Assembly: GCF_023055435.1 (NCBI RefSeq)
Contig: NW_025964223.1
Location: 18,042,001-18,106,000, forward strand
Reading direction: 5' to 3'
DNA: 64,000 nt
DNA from: Haliotis rufescens
Lineage: Eukaryota
The notes beneath the pieces are model-generated. The model was not told the DNA's origin, searched no databases, and worked only from the letters and a program-made list of their open reading frames with translations. The first letter of the stretch is position 1. Each line of letters opens with the position of its first letter. The position numbers and the translations under genes are program-made. This document shows, piece after piece, positions 37,608 through 51,230 of the stretch.

Positions 37608-40600
37608 CATACCTCACATTGCAGTTTAACCGCTGTTCTTTGTTTGGTGTGACAGAGTGGTTCAGCATGTGTGAATCTGTTGAGAGTAAGTATGTTAAAT
37701 GCGATATTTGACATGTTCATCCTGTAACTATCAATGAGTAAGTAAGTGAGTGATTAGGGTTTTCCGCTGCTTTTAGCACATTCATGTTCCAGATATATCA
37801 CCAGGAACACTGCAAATGGGCTTCAGATGTTGTCTTACACCACACAACTGACCCACGATTCATCCATATATCTGTGGGAATTTGAGCGTAAATTTATTTG
37901 TTCATAACTTGTTTTCTTTTCAGAACTGCAAATTGGTAGCCACCTCATGTATGTTAACTCACAAACGGAAAATATCTTATATTAACTAATGAATTATTCA
38001 GGTTTACCTCATTGTCAAAGCCAAACTAAGATAATCTATGTTTGTTCTCAGCAAAACTAACTATTTCTCTCATCATGTCCAAAGATAATGTTTGTCATAA
38101 GATGTTTCTATATCCATATTAATCCCATAAAGGAAGATACTGGAGCATGTATTGGAAAGAGAGTTATGTTTTAACTTTCAGTTGTAAGGAGGTATATCTG
38201 TAATCGAGACAATATAATTTCATTTGTAATTCCTGCATTCCAGTTAGCTGAATTGGTCACGTACTATTGCATTCATTTCCCAAACATTTACAACTCTATA
38301 AATGTCACTATAATAATGAGTTTATTGTCTCCATGTTAGTCATCACGTCGTGATTTAAGTGCACCGCTAATATAAGACCCAAATCACTCACTCAAACCAA
38401 ATTTAATGAACGAAAAAACAAACCAACCCAAAAACAACAAGAAATGAATCCACGAACGAACTGTTTGCGGGCGGGCGAACGAACAAACGATTAAAAGTGT
38501 TATAAACTCTTTTACCTAGCTCCTGGATTCAGGTAATCATATAATATATGTAGTTGCACATTTGAAATGTTAGAAAATATGAATTCACAAAATTTAGATA
38601 AATATTTGAATGGGTAATTGTGTGGTTAAAATGATCAACATGAGGTGAAGGACGCAAACTTATACAAGGCTCTAGTCATCTGATTAACCTCTTCTATGCC
38701 TAACCTATTGAGCATCAGTATATAAGCAATACTGATTCTAATAAGGGCACGGGTGTCAGTTTTGTAATTCAACAAATCAAATGTATCTCTTCATGACTGT
38801 ACGATCCAAGGTAGTGGTGGTCAAGCTGTCTCCCACTCTGATAACCTACTTGTCAGACATGTCACATTGACATGCAAATAGATGAGTAAAAGATCAGAAG
38901 CTGCACCGATCACTTGTATATATTATTCGTTTTTTTATGAACTACTGCATGTGCGATGTGTATGAAATATACCCACATAATTGCGAATATAGAAAATGTT
39001 TGCAATGTTTTTTAAATCAATGATAATGAATCGAAAGCCTAACATTAAAACAAAGCTTGGTTCAGGAACATGCATGTCATCATTAATGCTTTTAAAACCA
39101 GCTGATAATATACAGATGAATTTGTTATCGTTATTGCTACAGTATCAAATACCGTCCACGCTACAAATATTCTCTTTGGCAAAGGAAAGAAGGTCCGATA
39201 TGTCAATCACACAAGTTATATATCATAATTAAGTCTGCTGTCTGCCTGTACTCCACGCTTCTCCCTGTAAAGTGTGGTTTACAGGTTACCGTGACCTGAT
39301 AGATACCGATTTAGTGACATATATTGAAATCTGGGAGAATTGCAATCATATCTAAAAATGGAAGCGAAAATAGACATGTGAACACATTTCCATTGTATGT
39401 GTACGTGCTAGGTTATATGGTCCATGTAGGATAGTAATCACAAAACGAAACTAGCTGTGGCAGAAAATACCCGGACAGGTAGATTATATATAGCAATGAC
39501 GGAATAACGTGGATACAATCTGCGCAGTCAACCCGTAAAGCCAGCATCCTTTGTATGGGCTTATAAAATAAGTAATATTTGTGGATGGACACCAACCTGA
39601 ACATAATCCGAAACCAACTAGGACATATGCCAATCAGTTGACAGTAAGTATCTTGACTGCGTTATTAGACAGGTTCATCTATGTATCTATAAGTGAGTGA
39701 GTGATTTGTGTTTCACACCTCTCTCACCAATATTCCAGCCTTTCACCACGGACACTGAAAATGGGCTTCAAACGTTGTACCCACGCCGGGAATCAAACCA
39801 CGTATTTTTTACTGCCTATCTAATCTCTCGGCACTTCGGTACACTCATGTGTAAACTAATATGTTAACTATAATATGTCCCATGGGTAAACGAAAATACT
39901 ACCAAATAGCATGGAAAGGTAACAAAAAAGACAGAAATGTTAAGAGGAAGGTGGTTTATTAAAATCAACATATTTGTAGTGGTAAAATGGGGATAATAAA
40001 TTACTGACTGTTTCATATATATGATATATGTATTGGTTGCTATATTGGACAATATGTCACATGTCTCAGAAAGAAAGCCTCACTGTCTATGCGTACGTCA
40101 GTCAACTACTACATGAGCTATTATTATATATCCAACAATTAGTTTTTTGTTATATATACTGGTACAAATGTTTGCTTAAAGACGATAGGTGGTGATGTGG
40201 AAGAAGATATTCAGAACCACCCAAAAAAGCAACAGCAAAAAAATCAATTATGATAAATGCAATAATAAAAACGATAATTTAAAAAATATAATAACAGCAT
40301 ACAATAAGAAAAAAACAGAAACTTTTAAAAAGTTCCTGTATTATATTTTATCCTTAATTCTGTTAATAATTATATGAAAAACATTTTCTTGTCATGTTTT
40401 CTTCTGAAATGTATTTGTTGCATTCCGAATGTATGTTTAAGACGAGAAGTTGCAATGTAAAAATATTATCCACCAATCCACCCGAAAGGGAATAAATATA
40501 GATAATACACTAAACTAAACTAAATGATAATTAAAAGAATTGGCTGTTGTTCGCTAAAACGAAGAAAATATTAAAAAGTTCCTTCATAATACTTTATCTT

Positions 40601-40787
40601 CAGTTATTTTAGTAGTTATGGGTTATTTTTTTTCATTTTGTTTATGATATCTACAGTTGCCACTTAGAAATGATTCAGCGTCTAGGAAATGTTTAATTAT
40701 ATGAATTCACAAAATGTAAATATATGGACTATTTGAATGCATACTTGTATGATATTGAACCCTAATATAGTAGCAACATTAACCTGT

Positions 40788-41972
40788 GACCCGTGAAGAT
40801 CCAGGGTAGAATAGGTCTTCAGCAACCCAAGCTTGCCGTAAAAGGCAACTATGCTTGTCGTAAAAGGCGACCAACGGGATCGATTGGTCTGTCTTTGTGA
40901 CTTGGCTGATGTCATCTTACCTCGCTAATGTGAATCGATTGATCAGGTTTTGTGACTTGGCTGATGCCATCTTACCTCGCTAATGTGGATCGATGAATCA
41001 GGCTTTGTGACTTGGCTGATGTCATCTTACCTCGCTAATGTGGATCGATTGATCAGGCTTTGTGACTTGGCTGATGTCATCTTACCTCGCTAATGTGGAT
41101 CGATTGATCAGGCTTTGTGACTTGGCTGATGCCATCTTACCTCGCTAATGTGAATCGATTGATCAGGCTTTGTGACTTGGCTGATGCCATCTTACCTCGC
41201 TAATGTGGATCGATGGATCAGGCTTTGTGACTTGGCTGATGCCATCTTTCCTCGCTGATGTGGATCGATGGATCAGGCTTTGTGACTTGGCTGATGCCAT
41301 CTTACCTCGCTAATGTGGATCGATTGATCAGGCTTTGTGACCTGGTTGATGCCATCTTACCTCGCTAATGTGGATCGATGGATCAGGCTTTGTGACTTGG
41401 CTGATGCCCTCTTACCTCGCTAATGTGGATCGATGGATCAGGCTTTGTGACTTGGCTGATGCCCTCTTACCTCGCTAATGTGGATCGATGGATCAGGCTT
41501 TGTGACTTGGCTGATGCCATCTTACCTCGCTAATGTGGATCGATTGATCAGGCTTTGTGACTTGGTTGATGCCATCTTACCTCGCTAATGTGGATCGATG
41601 GATCAGGCTTTGTGACTTGGCTGATGCCATCTTACCTCGCTAATGTGGATCGATGGATCAGGCTTTGTGACTTGGCTGATGCCATCTTACCTCGCCAATG
41701 TGGATCGATGGATCAGGCTTTGTGACTTGGCTGATGCCATCTTACCTCGCTAATGTGGATCGATGGATCAGGCTTTGTGACTTGGCTGATGCCATCTTAC
41801 CTCGCTAATGTGGATCGATGGATCAGGCTTTGTGACTTGGCTGATGCCCTCTTACCTCGCTTATGTGGATCGATTGGCGTGGATCGTTGGTCATGCTTTG
41901 AATCACTGGTTTGCTTGGTCGAAACTCGATTATTTGTATCCCGCCGGTATTTAGCTGGAATATTGCTGACAG
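40788..41972 (+). mobile_element. Deu/Nin-domain SINE with internal tandem expansion
   Basis: SINE 5' part (40788-40890) and 3' part (41880-41972) flank the 55-bp array. Confidence 0.85.
40891..41875. repeat. Minisatellite, 55-bp unit, ~18 copies, derived from SINE core
   Basis: Unit ggctttgtgacttggctgatgccatcttacctcgctaatgtggatcgatggatca. Confidence 0.97.
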
Positions 41973-43024
41973 AGGACAACATGCCAATACTCAGTCAGTC
42001 ATGTCACTCACCCATGTGACTATTGCTGAGACGGCCGTATGCACCATCATTATAAGATTGCAATCGTCTATAATGTGATTGTTGTGCCGTGGTAAACATT
42101 AGCACCCTAACACACACAGTTTCCGTTGCCATACTTAATGATTGATATAAACACTATAAACATACCTTGGCTGTGGTATTTTTAATGTCAGATTTTGTTC
42201 ATAGTTACAATTAATAGATGTTGAGGTATTCTCACATAAAAAGTTCAAACATATCATCTGATATTTATGTTAGCAGTGTTTTGATATTTAAGATAATTAA
42301 ACTGTAGAATAATGATACTTTTTTTTGACAATAAATATTTACATCATTTATTGCATTGTGTGTCTTAAATCGTAGTGTTCTTTCAACAAACCGTTCAGAA
42401 ATGAAAGCTTGTACTTTAAAATGGCGACAGATGTGTTTCACATGTCTCTCAGGACTACGTAAAATGTGTATTCATCAAGGAAGACGGGTCCACAAGCAGC
42501 GAAATACTTCATTTTGCGATTAAGACGGACTGGGATGAAAATCCCCGGATTAATTTATGATAGACAGTGCATGTCGTCGTGGCAATATTGGAGCTGGAAG
42601 AATTAACACAACACCAAAAAGACAATACACAGATGATCAAAGCAGAAGAATCTATTCACGGTATCGTATCGTGTTCCCCGCCGTGCAATTGCGGTAATAT
42701 TGCCCAAAGCGGCGTAAAAATATATTCACTCACTCATGAGAGAGTGTGTAATGCGACGCGGACTAGCAATATACAGCTTTCAAAGTCACTATTTACGTGG
42801 ATATGAAACGCATGATACGAAGATGATATATGATTGAGTTCTACTATCACCAGCAAGAATCCATGAACTCCTAAAACATTTGTTTCAAATGTCTTGTGTT
42901 CACGATTTGACTATATATTTCAATTGGATCTTATTCGCATAACCACTGAGGAAGAACGCGGCAGATTTGCAGATTATATCATGCGCTTTAGCCTGAAGCA
43001 TATGTGTCATGTCATGTATGAGGT

Positions 43025-43340
43025 TGTGAGGTGACGTTGGGTATACCGTCGCGTTTTAGATTACTGCACTTTTGAAACGACGTGCCTGCACGTGTGTGTG
43101 GCTGCTTGTACTAGGTAGGATTAATGCCGACGCGAGCCCATTGAGATCCCATGCGGCAATACTACATGGATTCTACGCTCAGACACAGCATACTGACACC
43201 GAGCCGACCAGTCCTTTTTTATTCCCTGAATGCCGAGCATCAGGCAGGGTAACAACAAGTACCATCTTTTAACGTCTTTAGGTATCTTTCGGCCAGTGAT
43301 CTAACAGCCGACCCCCGCTCTCTGGACGGACGCCCTATCC
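43025..43340 (-). mobile_element. Decayed Meta-type SINE
   Basis: Reverse complement of the 14603-14950 family. Confidence 0.75.
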
Positions 43341-43629
43341 ACCGGATCACTGAAGCGGTCTGTAATGTATGGTATTACATATATACATTAACCATGTCCA
43401 TGCAGTCATGTTACAAATTAGGGGATATTCGTTTTCTGAATTGATATTCCTCTTGCACCACATGAAGTGATTGAAGTCATGGGGTTTGAACCCACGATCA
43501 GGAAACCATGAAAACTAGGAAAGGCATAGCGAAATAGATAAGGAGTAACAGTTACTACTGGAAAACTAGAGAAATAAAAGAAGAGTGTTGAAGAGAGAAC
43601 ACCATTAAATGTAAAAAAGGTTTATTTTT

Positions 43630-46600
43630 TTATGAAGACTCCGACACACCTCTTCTTCTAGCGCTTTTGTTAACGTTCCCCTGAAACAGACCACGGAGTG
43701 TCATAAACAAATGATACATGACACATGCAGATGTTTCAGGGTATAAATTATATATTCATTAACCATGTATGTTCAGTATAGCAGGTTTCATACTTTATAA
43801 TGTGATCATTTTCTGGTTATTATTCAAGTGATTTAGTATGGCACCCTACATACAATTTCAAGTGCCTAACATACCTAAATATGGTCATCAACAATCTATA
43901 TAAGGATATTAAGTCGTTTCAATCGTTATATCGTATGAGGTTTGAGGGATATTTTGATAATAGCATGTGAACGTACAAGAGGGCCTCTCCAAAGATCCAC
44001 GCCTCTCTTGATGATCGGACACTTTGGTTGCAGTTCCTCATGCCGGAGATAAGGATCATCAGTAGAGTCCCAGTCCAAAGCCTGGCATCCGCAGTGATAG
44101 CAAGTCAGACCGGTCCCCTTACCTGGTGGGAAGGACACATGGGAAAACTACAGATAAAAGCAAACAGATGAGTCCGACCTCAGTACCTGGAGTGGAAGGA
44201 AGCATGAGAACACTGCGGACAGAAGCAAGCAGATGAGACCAGCCTCTGCACGTGGAGTGGGAGAAAGCATGAGAACACTGCGGACAGAAGCAAGGAGATG
44301 AGACCGGCCTTCGTACCTGGAGTGGAAGGAAGCATGAGAACACTGCGGACAGAAGTAAGCAGATGACACCCTCCTCCGTACCTGGAGTGGAAGGAAGCAT
44401 GAGAACAATACAGACAGAAGCAAGTAGGTGAGACCAGCCTGTGCACGTGGAGTGGGAGGAAGCATGAGAACACTGCGGACAAGAGCAAGCAGATGAGACC
44501 GGCCTCCGTACCTGGAGTGGAAGGAAGCATGAGAACATTACAGACAGAAGCAAGCAGATGAGACCCGCCTCTGCACGTGGAGTGGAAGGAAGCATGAGAA
44601 CACTGAGGACAAGAGCAAGCAGATGAGACCGGCCTTCGTACCTGGAGTGGAAGGAAGCATGAGAACACTGCGGACAGAAGTAAGCAGATGACACCCTCCT
44701 CCGTACCTGGAGTGGAAGGGAGCATGAGAACACTGCGGACAGAAGTAAGCAGATGAGACCCGCCTCTGCACGTGGAGCGGGAGGAAGCATGAGAACACTG
44801 CGGACAAGAGCAAGCAGATGAGACTGGCCTCCGTATCTCGAGTGGAAGGAAGCATGAGAACAATGCAGACAGAAGTAAGCAGATGACACCCTCCTCCGTA
44901 CCTGGAGTGGAAGGAAGCATGAGAACAATACAGACAGAAGCAAGCAGATGAGACCGGCCTTCGTACCTGGAGTGGAAGGGAGCATGAGAACACTGCGGAC
45001 AGAAGTAAGCAGATGAGACCGGCCTCCGTACCTGGAGTGGAAGGAAGCATGAGAACAATACAGACAGAAGCAAGCAGATGAGACCGGCCTCCGTACCTGG
45101 AGTGGAAGGAAGCATGAGAACAATGCAGACAGAAGCCAACAGATGAGACCGGCCTCCGTACCTGGAGTGGAAGGAAGCATGAGAACACTGCGGACAGAAG
45201 TAAGCAGATGGCACCCTCCTCCGTACCTGGAGTGGAAGGAAGCATGAGAACAATACAGACAGAAGCAGGCAGTTGAGACCGGCCTCCGTACCTGGAGTGG
45301 AAGGAAGCATGAGAACAATACAGACAGAAGCAAGTAGGTGAGACCAGCCTCTGCACGTGGAGTGGGAGGAAGCATGAGAACACTGCGGATAAGAGCAAGC
45401 AGATGAGACCGGCCTCCGTATCTCGAGTGGAAGGAAGCATGAGAACAATACAGACAGAAGCAAGTAGGTGAGACCAGCCTGTGCACGTGGAGTGGGAGGA
45501 AGCATGAGAACACTGCGGACAAGAGCAAGCAGATGAGACCGGCCTCCGTACCTGGAGTGGAAGGAAGCATGAGAACATTACAGACAGAAGCAAGCAGATG
45601 AGACCCGCCTCTGCACGTGGAGTGGAAGGAAGCATGAGAACACTGAGGACAAGAGCAAGCAGATGAGACCGGCCTTCGTACCTGGAGTGGAAGGAAGCAT
45701 GAGAACACTGCGGACAGAAGTAAGCAGATGACACCCTCCTCCGTACCTGGAGTGGAAGGGAGCATGAGAACACTGCGGACAGAAGTAAGCAGATGAGACC
45801 CGCCTCTGCACGTGGAGCGGGAGGAAGCATGAGAACACTGCGGACAAGAGCAAGCAGATGAGACTGGCCTCCGTATCTCGAGTGGAAGGAAGCATGAGAA
45901 CAATGCAGACAGAAGTAAGCAGATGACACCCTCCTCCGTACCTGGAGTGGAAGGAAGCATGAGAACAATACAGACAGAAGCAAGCAGATGAGACCGGCCT
46001 TCGTACCTGGAGTGGAAGGGAGCATGAGAACACTGCGGACAGAAGTAAGCAGATGAGACCGGCCTCCGTACCTGGAGTGGAAGGAAGCATGAGAACAATA
46101 CAGACAGAAGCAAGCAGATGAGACCGGCCTCCGTACCTAGAGTGGAAGGAAGCATGAGAACAATGCAGACAGAAGCCAACAGATGAGACCGGCCTCCGTA
46201 CCTGGAGTGGAAGGAAGCATGAGAACACTGCGGACAGAAGTAAGCAGATGACACCCTCCTCCGTACCTGGAGTGGAAGGAAGCATGAGAACAATACAGAC
46301 AGAAGCAGGCAGTTGAGACCGGCCTCCGTACCTGGAGTGGAAGGAAGCATGAGAACAATACAGACAGAAGCAAGTAGGTGAGACCAGCCTCTGCACGTGG
46401 AGTGGGAGGAAGCATGAGAACACTGCGGACAAGAGCAAGCAGATGAGACCGGCCTCCGTATCTCGAGTGGAAGGAAGCATGAGAACAATGCAGACAGAAG
46501 CCAACAGATGAGACCGGCCTTCGTACCTGGAGTGGGAGGAAACATGAGAAGAATGCAGACAGCGCGCAGCGCAGACCTGGTATGGATGAACACTTAATGG

Positions 46601-47055
46601 ATAGTTAATTTGGAAACATATATGCGATCACATGCACTGTCAATAGGCAACTCTCCTTTATACTTTATATATCAGAAAAAATAGTATCAGTGTGTGTGAA
46701 TTAGGCTTTTCACCCAGGCTTATAGTCTAACACATCAGCTACTGATGTTACCTGTATGGTAGAACCCTGCCGCGGCTATAGTCTCTAGCCTACTAGATGT
46801 CATGTCCGAGATTTCTTCACCAGCCTCCAGCAAGGTTTCGATTCGCTCTCTCAGGGTCATCCAAACACGAGGGTACCTGGAGGGACGCTGGGATATCAGT
46901 GCCACCATCTCCTGTAGGTTCATCTGGTGACTCGGTCTCATCCCCGCCAAGACTTGGGAGATGATCTCACGCCAATCACGAGTGAAGGCGCGAGGAATTG
47001 AGCGTAAGTCACTGTCCAGAAGGTAGGGGTATTTTCCGCGGAAATTAGGACGCAT
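43630..47055 (-). CDS. BIR-only protein, ~166 aa; exons 47055-46752, 44122-43977, 43680-43630
   Basis: RERIETL..IAAAGFYHT/G joins in phase 1 to KGTGLTCYHCGCQALDWDSTDDPYLRHEELQPKCP (C-x2-C-x16-H-x6-C). Terminal exon GNVNKSARRRGVSESS* is followed directly by AATAAA (plus-strand 43621-43626). CDS 501 nt. Confidence 0.85.
44125..46560. repeat. Intronic minisatellite, 65-bp unit, ~37 copies, with a 1040-bp (16-unit) higher-order duplication
   Basis: Unit agcatgagaacactgcggacagaagcaagcagatgagaccggcctccgtacctggagtggaagga. The variant order at ~44400-45440 recurs at +1040. Confidence 0.97.
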
Positions 47056-48042
47056 TTGGCTGAAATCACACATAAGAAAAACACATTAATCAAAATATTA
47101 ATCAGAAATAGCAATGGTCCAAGGCGCTTCCTCGTGTCAAGTCAAGTATCAAAGTATCTTCTCAAACTATGTGTCAGGAGAGAGAGAAAACATATCATTT
47201 TAGCATGTAACATATTATTTAGTATTTACTTATTCTGATTTGGGCAGAGATTTCTTGTTAGTATGGACAAGGGTTAGTCGCTTCTACATGTTTAAATGAC
47301 ATGAGGCATGACCCCATGCGTTTAATCCATTGTAAAGGCAAATATCTAGGATATATCGCACAGCCACGTAGCGCTATTTTCATTTACAGAAGCAATTACA
47401 AATTCCAGTTTGACCGCTGCGCATGTCATTTCAAGCATGTGTACAGATGAGGCGTTTTTTGAAAGTTCTCTTTTTTAATGCTATTTTAGTTATAGTATAC
47501 AACTTGGTATATTGATTGATAAATATATTGTTTGATATTTTGTCTGCAAAACTATACCAGGCACTGTTTGAAAATGAGTAAGTTTTGATATCGCTTACCT
47601 CAATGCTTCTGCGGGTAAATACCGTTTGAAGAACGAGCATGGTATGGATTTCTTTATCCGGCCGGTGAGCTGTGTATAATAATAGAATTGACGTGTCGTT
47701 GTCACACTATCACATGCAGGTATTGTAAGCGTGATGCATGACACACTTATATCTTCTCACCCAACTATTGATGTGGTCGACCTATTTCTAGGTGTTATAT
47801 TTCAAGAATTTCTAAGACGTTTAACCTTTGAATAGCATTGTTTAATCATAACAAGACATGTAATTTACCTTTTCCCTGAGCGTGTCTATATTTGTAACTA
47901 ACATTTGTTAAATCTTCTGGGCAGTTGTGATATTTTTGTTTAAATGAGTCGAATTCAAAGGATATTCTATATATAGGTAATGTAAGAGTGCATGTATGAG
48001 TCGCACGACTCTCCCACGACATAACTGACGCTATTGCCATTA

Positions 48043-48790
48043 GTGACGGCAGTGTAAAGAAGGCGACTAAGGGTAGTGACAGGCGTAGGAAGAGTACGAC
48101 TAGGAGTAATGACGACCGTGGGCCTGGGAGGAGTGACGGCCATAGCAAGAAGGCGACTAAGGGTAGTGACAGGCGTAGGAAGAGTACGACTAGGAGTAAT
48201 GGCGACCGTGGGCCTGGGAGGAGTGACGGCAGTATAAAGAAGGCGACTGGGGGTAGTGACAGGCGTAGGAAGAGTACGACTAGAAGTAATGGCGACCGTG
48301 GGCCTGGGAGGAGTGACGGCAGTATAAAGAAGGCGACTGGGGGTAGTGACAGGCGTAGGAAGAGTACGACTAGAAGTAATGGCGACCGTGGGCCTGGGAG
48401 GAGTGACGGCTATATGAAGAAGGCGACTGAGAGTAGTGACGCGTAGGAAGAGTAAGACTAGGAGTAATGACGACCGTGTGCCTGGGAGGAGTGACGGCCA
48501 TAAGGAGAAGGCGACTGAGAGTAGTGACAGGCGTAGGAAGAGTACGACTAGGAGTAATGACGACCGTGGGTCTGGTTGGAGTGACGGCCATAGGAAGAAG
48601 GCGACTGAGGCTAGTGACGGGCGTAGGAAGAGTACGACTAGGAGTAATGACGACCGTGGGCCTCGGAGGAGTGACGGCAGTGTAAAGAAGGCGACTGAGG
48701 GTAGTGACACCCGTAGGAAGAGTACGACTAGGAGTAACGACGACCGTGGGCCTGGGAGGAGTGACGGCTATATGAAGAAGACGACTTAGT
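48043..48790. repeat. Minisatellite, 90-bp unit, ~8 copies
   Basis: gtgacggc recurs at 48043, 48133, 48223, 48313, 48403, 48491 and onward. Confidence 0.95.
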
Positions 48791-48890
48791 GACTGATAAA
48801 AGTTTTGAATGTTACACATTGTACCCCTGTGGGTAATCGAACCCGCGTATTTGGCGTGACGAGCGAACACTTTAACCACTAGGCTACCCC
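48787..48890 (-). mobile_element. Short tRNA-derived SINE fragment
   Basis: cattgtaccc..aatcgaaccc..ttggcgtgacgagcgaac..taaccactaggctaccc. Confidence 0.75.
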
Positions 48891-49417
48891 ATCCCCCCTT
48901 TAAATGTAGGATTAACTCTGGTTGTTACACTGGTTTGTTTTATGGGTATGGTATGCTCCCATAATGTTGAGGTTTTCATCATTAAAACGTCAATATCTTC
49001 GGGGTATTCATTTTTTTCTATTTTAAACTCATACACCCATGAAACGTCGTACACATATAATAATGAAAACATGTGTTAAGGAAACGTTGCAGAAAAACCT
49101 CTTCACGAAAATCAAGGTCATTATAGATACGTCACCTGAATTCATAAAGGAAATGAATTTACAACAGTTGAAAATAGAAGGTAGGGGTAATGAAAAGTGC
49201 AAATCATCTGAGTGAGAAAATATTGATTTCATGCCTTTTCTATTAAACTTTAATCAGCAACTATACAACGTGGCTACTCTTCCATTACTCTAAGAGATGA
49301 TTTACATAATACTTAGATAAATGATGAGCTGCGGGACACACATTCCAGTATCACTTTGTAAATATATGTATACATCCGTTAAAATCTGTTATCTCATTGT
49401 GCCTGCTCGGCGGGTTG

Positions 49418-49578
49418 TATAAATATATCGCCACGACATGTACAGTTATAGTGTTGGGGTTAAATACACACGTCAGACACAAACAAACTGGGGAAGTTTT
49501 GTTGCCTGCTGTGTATAACAACATCCTGCATACTATAAGCTAAGCAAATACATGCTTAACCCCAGCCTACAGGTAAGG
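49418..49578 (+). promoter_or_regulatory. Probable TATA and non-coding exon 1 of the plus-strand BIR-only gene
   Basis: TATAAATA at 49418, strong donor cag|gtaagg at 49573, acceptor ccacag ending 51203 before ATG 51231. Confidence 0.55.
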
Positions 49579-49607
49579 ACTGTGCTCTTTTATTTGTATA
49601 TGATACA

Positions 49608-49870
49608 GACCCTTGAAGATGTTGGGTAGAATAGGTCTTAAACAACCCATACTTGTCATAAAAGGCGACTGTGCTTGTCGTAAGAGGCGACTAACGGGAT
49701 GGGGTGGTCAGGCTCGCTGACTTGGTCGATGCATGTCATCGTATCCCAATGCGTGGTTCTATGCTCATGATATCAGTCACTGGATTGTCTGGTCCTCGAT
49801 TATTTACAGACCACCGATATATAGCTGGACTATTGTTGAGTGGTGTGTTAAACAACAAACAAACAAACAA
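49608..49870 (+). mobile_element. Deu/Nin-domain SINE
   Basis: cttgtcgtaagaggcgactaacgggatggggtggtcaggctcgctgacttgg core and (AAAC)n tail. Confidence 0.85.
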
Positions 49871-50459
49871 ATACATATAATACTGCATTGTACACATGTT
49901 ATTTAAAGTTGAGACGCGGTTATGACGTCACTCTATTGTTGCAACTGAAGATTATCTGTAACGAAGTTACAGTGTACTAACCTACAACATGCAATAATTT
50001 TAAGCATGTGAATTACGAGTGTTCTTGCTACAACGACCAATTGACACAAAATACACATGCAGTACGAATATACGGGCGAGTTCAAATGAAGCACGGGTAT
50101 CCAAACCTAATGTTTAAAGATTCTCGTTTAATTTTTCATTATTCATTGATATATATTAATTTTCATGCTGTATGTTGAATTTGATTACGCAGTATTTTGT
50201 TATTTGATGCCGTATTTTAAGTCAAATAACATACGCGTAACTGAACATTCTTTACAAATAACGATCGCTGGTTCGTACATGTTTTGAAACGGATGTCCAG
50301 TTATTTGTGGGTAATCCTTATCCATACCGAAACGACACACAAGGGTTGACAAATATAAATACCTTTCCGAGAAGCTCGAAATAGTCTGAAGACTTCGTCT
50401 GATCTATTATATCTGATCTGATGTGATATGCCTAATGGTCTCAGCAGTTGGAGAATTAA

Positions 50460-50690
50460 GAGTGAGCGAGTGAGTGAGTTGGGTTGGAAAGCCCGAAGTG
50501 ATGCAGGTCTCAGACGTTTAACCACTTCGGTGAAACCCACGAACACGTGTATGGTGCTGACAAACCTAGAAACATCATCGGGGCACACCGGGATTCGAAC
50601 CCACAATCATAGGTTTCTGGCGTACCAAAGGGATGCAACTCTGCACAGCGAATCCCGGCGCCTTAGACGACTGGGCCACCCGTGCCCCCG
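50460..50690 (-). mobile_element. tRNA-derived SINE with long A-B box spacing
   Basis: Minus strand reads gggtggcccagtcgtctaaggcgcc...gtgggttcgaatccc. Second copy at 54497-54766; decayed copies near 230, 5190 and 7785. Confidence 0.8.
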
Positions 50691-51230
50691 GGAGAACTAA
50701 GAGACGTACATGATTTGTTACTGTTGTGAGCGGGATTGCTCCACGGCATTTTGTTTGTTGTCAGGGCTAGGTCAAGACGCTGTAGTCATGCCCTGTCTGA
50801 AACTGAGACCCTTTATGTATTTAATTAAGGAAATCATTTACTGTGAGCATAAGTTACAATGTGCAATTTCAGCTGAGAAACGAAGGGTTGATTCAAAGTT
50901 GCAGTGTCTTTCCAATGTTCCTGCAGTAAAATGATACGGTCTGATGCTGTTCAGAAAGGGATGCACGAGTGAACATGACTGTGACCTGTTTCACTTGTGA
51001 TACGAGATAGACGAAACAATGTAAATACTTGTGAAATGAAATACAAACACGTTACACATAATGAAAGCCACCGATTTATAATATTTATATATAACATTAC
51101 ACCTAGTCCCTCTTTAAACAGATTAGGATCATATATTCTTCTTTAGTCGTTCAGCAAATCTGAAACCAGTAATTCCAGCAAGAGTATTGTCTTGTGTCCA
51201 CAGAAAATCGTAAGGTTTCGTGATTCAACA

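Noticed and set aside
44119-46593. 824, 495, 441 and 308-aa hydrophobic Cys-rich ORFs as standalone genes
   Set aside because: All three minus-strand frames are open because the 65-bp unit rarely contains stops; the array lies within the intron of the BIR-only gene.
47846-48879. Basic protamine-like or mucin-like repeat ORFs
   Set aside because: Translations of the 90-bp VNTR, broken by a frameshifting indel near 48440-48480; no credible start or splice context.
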